From NCBI RefSeq assembly GCF_009914755.1, contig NC_060927.1: 64,000 bases of DNA; one strand, given 5' to 3'. Below, one piece after another: positions 27,577-40,400 of the stretch. Position numbers and translations under genes: made by a program. The notes beneath the pieces are model-generated. The model searched no databases, was not told where the DNA came from, and was given only the letters and a program-made list of their open reading frames with translations. The number at the start of each line of letters is the position of its first letter. Positions within the stretch are counted from its first letter, which is position 1. The DNA is from the human T2T-CHM13v2.0 reference genome, Homo sapiens.

Positions 27577-28805
27577 CCTGGAAGATGAGTGTGAATGAAT
27601 GTGAAACTGTCATGTCTGCCTCTCTTCCAAAACCTCCCACTTCTCTCTTTTCTGCGGGTAAGAAGCTCCGTTTCCCTTCAAAACTCTGCCCTTACCAGCC
27701 AGTCAAAATTCCCAGACTTCGTATCTTTTCTCTCATATGGTTTGAAATGGCTTTTATCTCTTTCTTTATAATGTTAAGAGTTTTGCTACAGGCTATGGCA
27801 ATGTTACTAAGTAAAATGAGCATTAGGTTCAGCCATCAAAGGTGCAAATCAGATCAATTTTTCCTAGAGGTGCCATGTATGCCTCCACCTTAACAGCCAC
27901 AGACACACACAGCTCAGGGCACCTCTTCTTACCCTTTCCCCTCCCAGCTTGGGTCCCTAGGCATGCCAGCAGCAGGCAAAGGCCAAGCCCAACAGCCACG
28001 AGTGGGTATGGAACAAAGCTGCGACAGTAACCATGACCCCACAGGGTCAACGAATGGGTGCTTCTCACCCACCACGCTAATGGAACCTTTCTTTCCCTGG
28101 CCAAGGAATTCAGCCTAGTCTGAAATCGGGTAAAAATATAAGGATTAGAGGGTTCCAGTTGTACTAAGCAAGGGGTTCTTCCCCCAGAATCTTCCCCCTT
28201 TTCCTCTTAAACTGTTTTTCTTTTTTCTTTTTTTTTTTCCTCTTCTAAGTGAGAGGCGTCCCCCACCACCAACTCTGTTTCTAATAGGGAAGTTAACAGA
28301 GTAATGGCCCCTGCTGACTGATAACTGCAAATTCGACAGGGCACATTTGAGACACTCTAAACAGATATAAACAGCCTCTAAAATACCTTTTCAGTCCCAA
28401 ACTGGACTCCAAGCTTCAGGCTGAGGTCCTAGAAAGAAAAACAAGGTTTGAAGGATTCAAAGCCAGGCAACAGGTATAATGTAAATGGGCAGAACCAATT
28501 CCTACCAACTAAACCCCCCACCTCACGGAAGGAGGCCATGCTTCATGGCATAAACAGGCTCAGGAAACTCAAGGTTTGCTGAAAGCAGGGAGAAATGGGG
28601 GCAAAGGTGAGGGTGGTTAATTCCTATTCTCCAGGTTTTCCCTGCTTCGTGGGTACATACTGCATCAGTATCCATGGCCGGCACCTGCCAAGGTCATCGG
28701 GGCTCAGGGATAAGCAGTGGAGAGTGAAAGGAGGACATTCATTTTCTGAGTCTTTGTTGAAAGAAGAAAGGGAATGAGGGACACCTCTATTCACTGTCTT
28801 TCAGA

Positions 28806-30125
28806 ATGGGCAACCAGTTATTTTCACCACGCTCAGCCTATACTCCTCTGGAGTGTATTCTGAACCACTAGGACTGCCTTGAGCCTCAGAATCTGGAGGA
28901 AAAGTGCCTCTTAGCCCTCTGCAAAAAGGTTTGGCCAAATTATGATTTACAGGAAAGAGTGGCTTGGCCTCAGGAAGGAACCATTCATTTCTATACCATC
29001 TGGCATTTGGAACTTTTCTATAGACGTGAGGACAGATGGCCTGAGGCCCCATAAGTGTAGGCTTTCTATAGCTTGCAAGGCAATCCAGACCTTTGCTGAC
29101 AGAGTAGGATTGCCCTCCTGTTTGGCATCTCAGGGAAGGTTGCAAGGGGCAAGCTCAAGCAACTAAAAATATGAGTCCCAGGGGCAACCCCAGCAGAGGA
29201 TCCAGCTACCTCTGACCCTGTTACTCGGGGTCCACCCAGACCACCCTATACAGCTTCAGCTTCCCACCTGCCTCCTCCTAAAAATCTTTGCTCTAGGCAA
29301 ACTCCAGTCTCACTCTTAACCCTCCAACAAATGCCCAGTAAATTTGGGCCTAGTAAGGTCCAGGTCCCCTTCTCCGTATAGGACTTAAAGCAAATTAAGG
29401 GGGATCTTGGCAAGTTTTCAGATGACCCTGATAGATAAATAGAGGCTTTCCAGAATTATACCCAAATATTTGAACTCTCCTGGAGAGACGTTATGTTACT
29501 TTTGAATCAAACCCCAATGGACACTCAGAAGCAGGCTGCTCTGTCAGCAGCGGAGAGATTTGGGGATAAGCTTTCTTTCATATATAGCGTCAGAGAAGGG
29601 GATGAATATTATCCAACTGGAAGAGAAGCAATACCAGTAAATAATCCTAAATGGGATCCCAGTGACGAGATGGAAGACTGGAAAAGGAGACACTTTCAGG
29701 TGTGCATAATGGAGGGCTTACGTAGGACTAAGACTAAGCCTCTCAATTATATTAAGTTGTCCATGATCGACTAAGGATTTGATGAAAATCCCACTGCCTT
29801 CCTGGAAAGGCTAAGAGCGGCCTTGACAAAGCACACCTCTATCTCCTGATTCAGTCGAGAACAGCTAATCCTAAAAGATAAATGTATTACCCAGGTAGCT
29901 CCTGACATCAGGAGGAAGTTGCAAAAATGGGCCCTGGGACCAGATAGTACATTAGAGGACCTCCTGAAAGTGGCCAACTTGGTCTTTTATAATAGAGACA
30001 GGAGGCCTAAAAAAGCGAGAGGAGATGCAGGAAACAGACAAAAGCTTTGATGACCACCATGTAAGCCCACAAACCCCAAAATTCCCAGGATGTGCCTGCT
30101 AACTGCTAAAAGATACGGCAAGAAC
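28806..30125 (+). pseudogene. gag: Disrupted gag (MA/CA, truncated at NC)
   Basis: Starts MGNQLFSPRSAYTPLECILNH. Capsid fragments DLKQIKGDLGKFSDDPD, MLLLNQT...QAALSAAERFGD and ENPTAFLERL are HERV9/W-like. Multiple stops. Confidence 0.85.
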
Positions 30126-30529
30126 AGTTATTTCTCTTCCAAAGTTTAACTGCTCCCATAAAACGTTTAATTTCTTTCACCAGGGTGAAACAGCTCAGGG
30201 TAGAATGTTGCTGTTAGTATATTTCACTTCTTATCTCTGTAATCTCTGGCACTAAATTCTTTCCTTGTATAATACACATGTTTCACCCATGCATACTTAA
30301 CCTTATAAAACTTTTTTTTTTTTTTTACTCTCAAGCCTAGAAGCCATCAAAATCCAAATGGTCAACCGGAGCCTCGAAAGATGGCTCCCCTTGTCTAGGA
30401 ACCCTTAGACCGCTAGGAGTCTGACTGCCATTTACCCCAGAACAATGCCCCCTGTCAGCAGGAAGCAGCAAAGACAGGTCACAGTCCATATTCTAAAGGT
30501 AGTTAGATGTACATCTTCAGAGGGGAGAA

Positions 30530-31349
30530 TGATACCGGAGGGGTCGAGGAAGTGCTGAGTAGAGAAAGGCAGGTCCCTGGCTAGGGCTCCACTCCCTTGG
30601 ACCTAGGTGACAACAGGCACTCCTGCTTTCATGCCCAAATGTTGCATTTTCCAAGACCACTCTGGCCCACCATGCTCTCATTCTGGGCCTATAAAAACCC
30701 GAGACCCGAGTGGAAAAACACACAGGTAGCCAGATGTCAAGAGCAGTACATCAGCGGAAAAAGACACAAGTAGCTGGATAGCGAGAGGACGTTGAGGCAG
30801 CACACTGGCAGAAGAGCACACCGACAGAAACCAGCACACCAGCAGACCACTGACCAGCAGGCCACTGACCAGCAGGATGGGGTGGAGTTTGGCCAGAGCA
30901 GTTGGAGGAGAGCTGGGGCTGCTGAGTGGCCCAACTCCAGGGAAATACCATCTCCCTTCTGGCTCCCCCAGTGGTGGTGAGCTACTTCTACTCAATAAAA
31001 CTTTGCACTCATTCTCCAAGACCACGTGTGATCCGATTCTTCTGGTACCCCAAGGCAAGAACCTGGGATACAGAAAGCCCTCCATCCTTGTGACAAGGTA
31101 GAGGGTCTAACTGAGCTGGTTAACACAAGCCACCTATAGATGGCAAACTAAAACGGCATCCTGTAACACACACCCACTGGGGCCTTAGCATCTGTAAACA
31201 TTCACCCCTAGACACTCTCATGGAGTTGGAGCCCCACAGTCAGCCTGTCTGTATGCTCCCTAGAGGTTTGAGCAGTGGGGTACTGAAGAAGTGAGCCACA
31301 CCCCCATCGCACGCCCTGTGAGGGGGACGGGGGATCCTTTCCAGTATCA
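30530..31349 (+). repeat. 3' LTR of the gag-only ERV1
   Basis: tgataccgg...gtatca after the PPT. Carries an extra 'accagcaggccactg' tandem unit relative to the 5' LTR. Confidence 0.9.
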
Positions 31350-31704
31350 AAAGCACTACCTATTGGTTTCTTATATAACTTAACAGTTTTTTGAGGACTT
31401 ACTATGTGCTAGGCACTGTTAATTGTGTGTGTGGAGAGAGAGATAAGTTTTCATAAATATAATATCTCATATATATAATTTTAATTAATGATCAAATAAT
31501 TTTATTAGATAGGTTCTATTATTATGCTCATCTTTCAATATGGAATCTGATGCAATGACAGATTAGGGAAGTAATTTGCCCAATATTATGAAGCTAGTAA
31601 GTGGTGGTTTCGTTTCAAACCACACGCCCTGACAGGGGAACCTGGTTATCAACCAATCTGCTTTCTGTCTCTTGTCTCTCGATTCATCATGATGTTGTGC
31701 CTGC

Positions 31705-31705
<1 letters not shown>

Positions 31706-31743
<38 letters not shown>
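31706..31743. repeat. (CA)n microsatellite, about 19 units
   Basis: Perfect AC run seen directly. Confidence 0.95.
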
Positions 31744-31754
31744 CTGTCCATGCT

Positions 31755-31910
31755 AGGTACTTCTAGAATGGCACTCTGATATCAGCCACAGCAATCAGAA
31801 TCCAAGGAGAAACTGTTTCCTTAAACACCTCTGCCCTTCTCAGGTACTTCTAGAATGGCAGTCTGATATCAGCCACAGCAATTTGAATCAAAGGAGAAAC
31901 TGTTTACCTA
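31755..31910 (+). repeat. Two-copy ~68-bp direct repeat, period 87 bp
   Basis: aggtacttctagaatggca[c/g]tctgatatcagccacagcaat..gaatc.aaggagaaactgttt at 31755 and 31842. Confidence 0.92.
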
Positions 31911-33779
31911 ATGTAGTTATTTTCTGTCTTATTCTCCCAGCTCCTTAACATGGTTGTTTTTCATAGAACTTAGAAAGAAGAAGTGGATGCATCCTAGAAA
32001 TAGCAGAAAACAAGTCAGAGAGGTTGCTGTACACAATAATGCAGCTTTCACAGAGATTTGAACATATTTACATTTATATAAGCATCCAGTGGTGTGGAGG
32101 TGTATGTCTGAGAGCAAACCTCATGAAGTTTTTCCAGACTGCACCCTGAGTAGTGAAAGGTGAATGGAATTGTTCTGCTCATTGACGCAAAACAGGGTAA
32201 AAAGGCCTTGTGCAGAGTCAGTGACTTTTCTACAATGAAGCCTTATGTCACGGTAGCACTTGTCACCTCACTGACTGTTGGGTTGATTAGCCTGATATGT
32301 CATCTTCTTCCTTTCTCAGAGTGACCGTATTCATGAACAGTGCACTCATACAAAGCCAATCTTCCCAACAGAAAAAAAAAAAAAAAATCCATGTCTGGGT
32401 TAAGTGTGAAAGTGGTTGCCTTCTGCTGTTGGACATCAGCAAAGCCCTGGCAGTTCACAGGCTACCAAGTGTGTGCTTGCTTTTGTATATAAAAAGTTAT
32501 GTGTTCTAGTGAAAATACTGATGTTAGTGTATGAGAAAATAAGTGACACAGGAAAAAACTGAAGCACATAGGAACAAAGATAATTTTTAAAAATGGAAAA
32601 GCTGGAATGGCTGAAAAAAAGACTAGCGTTTGTACACTATTGCATTCAATTTGTAAATAATAAAATGTATCAATTTTTAAAATTACAAAGCTCTTTTTAA
32701 AATTAAAAACTGTATGGTTGTCCTTTTAGATCCAGTTCAGACTTCACATACTTTATTTCAGAATTGGCCTGTAATGTAACAATTATCTCTAGGAAGATTT
32801 ATGTTTGATTTTTAATAATTCAAGCAAGGTAAATGAATGATGGGTAAATATGGATTATTGACTTTTTCCTCTAACCCCTATTAAATAAATAGAAAAAGCA
32901 GAATAATAAAAATAAAATCATAAAAGGAGCTAAACAAAGGGATACAATTGACATAATAACTTTGAGAAGAGTCAACCAAATAAAATTTATTGAGGTGTGG
33001 CTGGGTGTTATTCCAATACACAGTGTGTGCCCAACACACAGACACCAAATGAAGAATAGGAAAGAGACAGTCATAAAAAGAACAGGCTAGTCTCACCAAT
33101 ACCACGTCAATAGGGAGAAAAGTAGGTGAAAAGAAGTAAGGAGGAGACATCTGAAATCCTTATTAAAGCTGGCTAATCATCTATCTGAAAAATCTTAACA
33201 GAGACAAGAAAATTGCAAATCTGAAGGTTTCCCCACAGAGACAGCACACAGGAAAACAGGTCAATAGAAATCTGGCATTTAATAAAATCCAGAAAAAGAC
33301 AAGAAAGCCCAGATCTTTCAACAGAGAAAGCTGAGCTCCCCAGTCCTATCCTCCTCCCCATGCCTTGGAGCTAGCAGGATACAGAAGAGTACAATACAGA
33401 ACCCGCAAACAGTAGCTCCCCAGAAAAGACTGAGAGAGCTCAGTAAGAGTGAAGAGAATTTCAGGAAGAATTTAGTTTCACTATATCAGAAAAGATGGAA
33501 GGTAGGAACAAAGCCACTCACAATAAGCATAGGCAAGTGAAATCCAAAGAAATGACACAACTAGATATATAAACAAACTAGTATCTTTAGCATGTAACGG
33601 GTGAAAAAAATAAAAAACATAAAATTTGGTAGAAAACATAGATCAGGACCATAAGATTTTCCACAAGTCCTTTGGCTACAAAAGAAGTAATGAAAGCAAA
33701 CTTTTTGAAAAGAGCAAAATTAACCTCAAAGATGGAGCAACAACATGACAGGCATCAAAGGAAAACTAATTAAATGGTC

Positions 33780-34210
33780 ACCTGCTCCTGGATTGGATCC
33801 TATACCAGAAAAAAACAAGCTGTAACAAACATCAATGGGGTAGTTTTAAAAAACTAAATATGCCATGTGGATTAGAAAATCACATTGTATCTTGTAATGT
33901 GAGCTTCCTGATTTTGATCATTGTGCTATGGTTATATAAGAGAAAGCAGTTTTTCTGGGACACACACACTGACATATTTTTTTGTAAAGTGTTACAATGT
34001 TTTTAACTTCCTCTCACTGTTCAGAACAAAAGGAGGTACAAAAGGAGGGTGTGTATGTGCATGTGTGTGCACACGTGTGTGTATGCAAATAGGACAAAAC
34101 ATAGCTAGTGAACCGGGTACAGTGTATGTGGGGGAAGAGTTCTTTGTACTATACTTGTATTTTGCAAATTTTCTGTTTTAACTTATATCAAAATAGAAAA
34201 CTACCAAAAA
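33780..34210 (+). mobile_element. Ancient L1 (L1MC/ME-like) 3' UTR fragment inside older L1-like sequence
   Basis: 'cctggattggatcct...cttcctgattttgatcattgtgctatggttatataagaga...ctttgtactatacttg'. Confidence 0.6.
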
Positions 34211-34655
34211 ATGTCAAAGAAAAAGTTACAACATCTTTAGAGAATGACTTTTTTAAAAGTCAAGTGATAAAGAGTACACTATAACTAGGTAAAAATTAAA
34301 ATCCTGACATATAGACAAGCTTGAGATAATGATAGCAAATACAAAGGGAAATTAAAAACTAGCTAAAACAATTGAAGAAATATAAGTAATACTTTTTTAA
34401 AGAGACGCCAACATAAAGAAAATAGGTTTCTCAGCAGGAGAAAGCCTAATGGAACAGAAAAGCAATTCAAAGATATAAAAACAGAAAATTTCTTTGAAAA
34501 TAACGGGTAATGTACTCTACAGACAGAGAGAGAACCCTGTGTTTAAAAAAAATGCTGAATTATTGACACTAAAACAAAATCCTGGACCAGTTACTGACTT
34601 TCAAGGATTAAGAAAAATTTCTCCAAGCATTCAGTCAGGAAAGAAGCCTGTCACA

Positions 34656-34744
34656 TGTGTGTGTGTGTGTGAGAGAGAGAGAGAATGAGAGAGAGAGAGA
34701 GAGAATGAGAGAGAGAGAGAGAAAGGGAGAGAGAGAGACAGAGA
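34656..34744. repeat. Compound (TG)n(GA)n microsatellite
   Basis: tgtgtg...gagagag with 'gaat' interruptions. Confidence 0.9.
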
Positions 34745-37487
34745 ATCTAGGAGGCTTCAGATTACTTCACAGCATTCGGAGCCAGAAAATGGCAAATCAT
34801 TATATACAAGGTTTAAGACAAAGGTGACCAAATGATATTATCCTCGGCCAATTTGCCATCTAAATAGAAATGTAGCAGGTATTCTCAAATATAAAGAAAA
34901 CTCAGGTAATAAAACTTCTATAAATTCTACCTGCAGGGAAAAATTATATGATAATTAAACTGAACTAAACAAAAGTTTAATGAAAAAAACTGTGATAAAG
35001 GGCTAACTAGCACCATATTCAGGGTCAGACGACAACAGGAAAATGTCTGCTACATACAGAGGAAAGGAAACTGTGACCTACTAAATACATCTAATGTGCC
35101 ATTCGGCAATAAGACAAAAAACAGACATTATCATGAATGCTATAATAAAACCATCGAGAGATGAAATCAAGATAAAAGGCTCAGGATTGGGAAGTCATAG
35201 AAGAAAATGCTGATACTAAACATTTAATCCATATTGATTTTCACTAAGAAAAAAATAAAAGGAAAACTTTACAAAACAAGAAACTATAACTACAACAAGG
35301 GATGTATTCAGTATGATCTAGATTAGCATGTGGTTTTAAAAAATAAACAAATGAGCCCTCATCTTTTATTATAGGGAATTATTACTATCTGAAACTAAAG
35401 CATATAGTTAGAAATGGCCTCCATTACTCTTTATTTTTACCTTTTCTCTCAATTTTTAAATTTATTTTTAATTTTTGTGAGTACAAAGTAGGTATATATA
35501 TTTATGGGGTACATGAGATATTTTGATACAGGCATGCAATGTGTGATAACTAAATCATGAAAAATTTGGAACACATCTCCCCAGGCATTACGCTTTTGTG
35601 TTTCAAACAATCCAATTATATTCTCTAGTTATTTTTAAATGTACAATTAAATTATAATTGACTATAGTCTCTGGGTTGTTCTATCTGACACTAAGTCTTA
35701 TTCATTCTTTCTATTTTCAGTACCCATTAACCATTCCCACCACTCCACCCACACTCCCCACTATACTTCCTAGCCTCTGGTAAGCATTCTTCTATTTTCT
35801 ATCTCCATGAGTTTAATTGTTTTGATGTTTAGATCCCACAAATAAGTGATAACATGCAAAGTTCGTCTTGCTGTGCCTGGCTTATTTCACTTGACAAAAC
35901 AATCTCCAGTGCCATCCATGTTGTCACAAATGACAGAATCTTATCCTCTTTTATGATTGAATAATACTTCATTATGTATATGTACCACATTTTCTTTATC
36001 CATTCATCTGTTAATGAATACTTAGGTTACATCCAAATCTTGGCCATTGTGAACAGTGCTGTAACAAACATAAGAGGGCAGATATCTCTTGGATATATGG
36101 GTTTCTTTTTTTACTTTTTAAATTGTTGTGGGCACATAGTAGGTGTATATATTTATGGGGTACATGAAATGTTTTGATATAGACATGCAATGTGAAATAA
36201 GCACATCATGGAGAATGGAGTATCCATCCCTTCAAGCACTTATTATTTGAGTTACAAATAATCCAATAACATTCTTTAAGTTATTTTAAAATGTACAATT
36301 AAAGTTATTATTGACTATAGTAACCCTGTTGTGCTATCAAATAGCAGGTCTTATGTATTATTTCTAACTATTTTTTGGACCCATTAACCATCCCACCTCC
36401 ACCCCACCCCACCCCACCCCACCCCACTACCCTTTCAAGCCTCTGGTAATTATCCTTCTATTTTCTATCTCAATGAGTTCAATTGTTTTGATTTTTAGAT
36501 CCCACAAATAAGCAAGAACGTGCTATAATTGTCTTTCTGTGCCTAGCTTATTTAACTTAATGTAATGATCTCCAGCTCCATCCAAGTTGCTGCAAATGAC
36601 TGGATCTCATTCTCTTTTATGGCTGAATGGTACTCCATTGTGTATATGTATCACATTTTATTTTCCATTCATCTGTTGATGGACCCTTAGGTTGCTTCTG
36701 AATCTTAGCTATTGTAAACAGTACTGCAACAAACATAAGAATGCAGATATCTCTTCAATATACTGATTTCCTTTCTTTTGGGTATACACCCAGCAGTGGG
36801 ATTAATGGGTCGTATTGTAGCTCTATTTTTAACTTTTTAAGGAACCTCCAAACTGTTCTCCATAGTGTTTGAACTAACTTATGTTCCCACCAACAGTGTA
36901 CAAGGGTTCCCTTTTCTCCACATGCTTGCCAGCAGGCTTTATTGCCTGTCTTTTGTATAAAAATTTTATTTGTGGCTATTACAAATGGAATTAGTTTTTT
37001 ATTTCTTTTTCAGATTGTTCACTGTTGGCATATAGTAATGCTAGTGATTTTTGTATGTTGATTTTGTATCCTGCAACTTACTGAATATGTTTATCAGTTC
37101 TAATAGTATTTTGGTGGTCTTCAGGTTTTTCTAAATTTAACATCATTTATCCACAAACAAGGATTATTTAATTTCTTCCTTTCCGATTTGGATGCCCTTT
37201 ACTTCTTTATCTTTTTTAATTGCTCTAAAACATACAGTACTATGCTGATTAACAGCATAGTTATGTTTCAGGTTTAAGAGGGCAAACTTTTAGGTTCTCC
37301 CTATTCAGTTTAATACTAGCTGTGGGTCTATCATAGATGGCTTTTATTATGTTAAGACCTTCTATACCCAGTTTTTTAAAGGTTTTCATCATGGAGGGAC
37401 GTTAACTTTATCAAATGGTTTTTCAGCATCAATTGAAATGATCATATGGTTATTGTCCTTTATTCTGTTGATATGATGTATCACATT

Positions 37488-40400
37488 GATTATGGCCATT
37501 CTTTCAGGAGGTGGTATCACATTGTGGTTTTGATTTGCATTTACCTGATCATTAGCGATATTGAGCATTTTTTCATGTGTTTGTTGGCCATTTGTGTATC
37601 TTCTTTTGAGCATTGTCTATTCATGTCCTTAGCACACTTTTTGAAGGGATTTTTTTCTTTTTTTACTGATTTGTTTGAGTTCATTGTACATTCTGGGTAT
37701 TAGTCCTTTGTCACATGTATAGATTGTGAAGATTTTCTCCCAGTCTGTGGGATATCTGTTTGCTCTTCTGACTGTTCCTTCTGCTGAGCAAAAACTCTTT
37801 AGTTTAATTCGGTCTCAGCTATTTATCTTTGTTTTTATTGCATTTGCTTTTGGGTTCTTGGTCATGAAATGCTTGCCTAAGCCAATGTCTAGAAGGGTTT
37901 TTCCAATATCCCCAGTGAGTTTTGATTATGGCTATAATCATAAAACAGTAGATGTTGGCATGGATGCATTGAACAGGGAACACTTCTACACTGCTGGTGG
38001 GAATGTAAACTAGTACAGCCACTATGGAAAACAGTGTGAAGATTCCTTTAAGAACCAAAAGTAGAACTACCATTTGATCCAGAAATCCCACTACTGGGTA
38101 TCAATCTTCTAGGGTTTTTATAGTTTCCCATCCTAGATTTAAGTTCTTAATCCATTTTGATTTGATTTTTGTATAAGGTGAGAAATGAGGATCTAGTTTT
38201 ATTCTCCAACATGTGGCTAGCCAATTATCCCAGCACCATTTGTTGAAAAGGGTGACAGTGATAGTTTGCCTTCGTCTTTACTGATTTGGATGCCCTTTGT
38301 TTCTTTCTGTTGTCTTATTACTCTGGCTAGGACTTCAGTACTATGTTGAAGAAGAGTGGTAAGAGTAGACATCCTGGTCTTGTTCCACTTCTCAGAGGAA
38401 ATGCTTTCAACTTTTCCCCAGATGGCTTTTTTACATTAAGGTATGTCCCTTGTTTGCTGATTTTGCCGAGAGTTTTAATCATAAAGGGATGCTGGATTTT
38501 GTTGAATGCTTTTTCTGCATCTATTGAAATGATCAGGTGATTTTTGTTTTAATTCTGTGTATGTGGTGCATCACATTTATTGACTTGATTATGGCAAACC
38601 ATCCCTCCATCCCTGGTATAAAATCTATTTGATCAAGGTGGATTATCTTTTTGATATATTGTTGGATTTGATTAGCTAGTATTTTGTTGAGGATTTTAGC
38701 ATCTATGTTCATCAAGGATATCAGTCTGTAGTTTTCTTTTTTGGTTATGTCCTTTCCTGGTTTTGGTATTAGGGTGATGCTGGCTTCATAGAATGAACTA
38801 GAGAGGGTTGCTTCTTTCTCTATCTTGTGGAAGAGTGGCAAAAGGATTGGTACCAATTCTTCTTCAAATGTCTGGTAGAATTCTGCTGTGAATCCGTCTG
38901 GTCATGGACCCTTTTTTTGATAATTTTTAAATTACCATTTCAATCTCACTGCTTGTTATTGATCTGTTCAGGGTATCTAATTCTTCCTGATTTAAGCTAA
39001 GAGGGTTATATTTTTCCAGGAATTTATCCATGTATTCTAGGTTTTCTAGTTTATGCGGGTAAAGCTGTTCTTAGCAGCCTTGAATGATCTTTTGTATTTC
39101 AGTGGTGTCAGTTGTAATATCTCCTGTTTCATTTCTTAGTGAGGTTATTTGGATTTTCTCTCTTCTTTTCTTGGTTAATGTTGTTAATGGTCTATCAATT
39201 TTATTTATCTTTTCGAAGAACCACCTGTTTGTTTCATTTATCTTTTGTATTTTGTTCATTTGTTTCAATTTCATTTCGTTCTGCTCTGATCTTGGTTATT
39301 TCCTTTCTTCTGCTGGGTTTGGGTTTGGTTTGTTCCTGTTTCCTTAGTTCCTTGAGGTGTGACCTTAGAATGTCAGTTTGTGCTCTTTCAGTCTTTTTGA
39401 TATAGGCGTTCAGGGCTATGAACTTTCCTCTTAGCACCACCTTTGCCTTACCCCAGAGGTTTTGATACGTTGTGTCATTATTGTCATTCAGTTTGAAGAA
39501 TTTTTAAATTTCTACCTTGATTTCATTTTTAACCCAGTGCTCACTCAGGAGCAGTTATTTAATTTTCATGTATTTGTATGGTTTTGAAGATTGCTTTTGG
39601 AGTTGATTTCCAGTTTTATTCCACTGTGGTCAGAGAGTGCTTGATATAATTTCAATTTTTAAAAAATTTATTGAGGCTCATTTTATGGCCTATTTTGCTT
39701 TTTAACTTGTATTTTTGTTTTATAAGTCCTGTGTGAATTAAGCTTTAAACAGGTTCTGTTTTGATGTGTTTCTAGGGTTTGTTTCAAGATTTAGAGCTCT
39801 TTTTAGCAGTTCTTATAGTGGTGGCTTGGTAATGGTGAATTCTCTCAGCATTTGTTTGTCTGAAAAAGATTGTATCTTTCCTTCATATATGATGCTTAGT
39901 TTCACTGGATACAAAATTCTTGTCTGGTAATTGTTTTGTTTGAGAAGGCTGAAGATAGGGCCCCAATCCCTTCTAGCTTATAGGGTTTCTGCTGAGAAAT
40001 CTGCTGTTAATCTGATAGGTTTTCCTTTATAGGTTACCTGGTGCTTCTGTCTTACAGCTCTTAAGATTCTTCCCTTTGTCTCAACTTTGGATAACCTCAT
40101 GGAAATGTACCTAGGTGAAGATCTTTTTGCAGTGAATTTCCCAGGTGTTCTTTCTGCTTCTTGTATTTGGATGTCTAGGTCTCTAGGAAGGCCGGGAAGT
40201 TTTCCTCGATTATTCCCCAAACACATTTTTCAAGCTCTTAGAATTCTCTTCTTCCTCAGAACACCAATTATTCTTAGGTTTAGTTGTTTAACATAATCTC
40301 AGACTTCTTGGAGGCTTTGTTCATATTTTCTTATTCTTTTTGCTTTGTCTTTGTTGGATTGGGTTAATTTAAAGACCTTGTCTTTGAGCTTCAAATTTCT

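Larger units (their letters stand above)
26767..31349 (+). mobile_element. Defective ERV1 provirus (HUERS-P/MER52-int-like; LTR1/LTR27/LTR28 clan), gag only
   Basis: Two TG...CA LTRs, 4-bp TSD gaag/aaag, Pro-like PBS, PPT agaggggagaa (30519-30529). Decayed gag; no pro or pol. Confidence 0.85.

Noticed and set aside
31755-31910. Repeat-spacer-repeat as a CRISPR-like array
   Set aside because: There are only two long copies in mammalian DNA and no cas genes; it is a local duplication.
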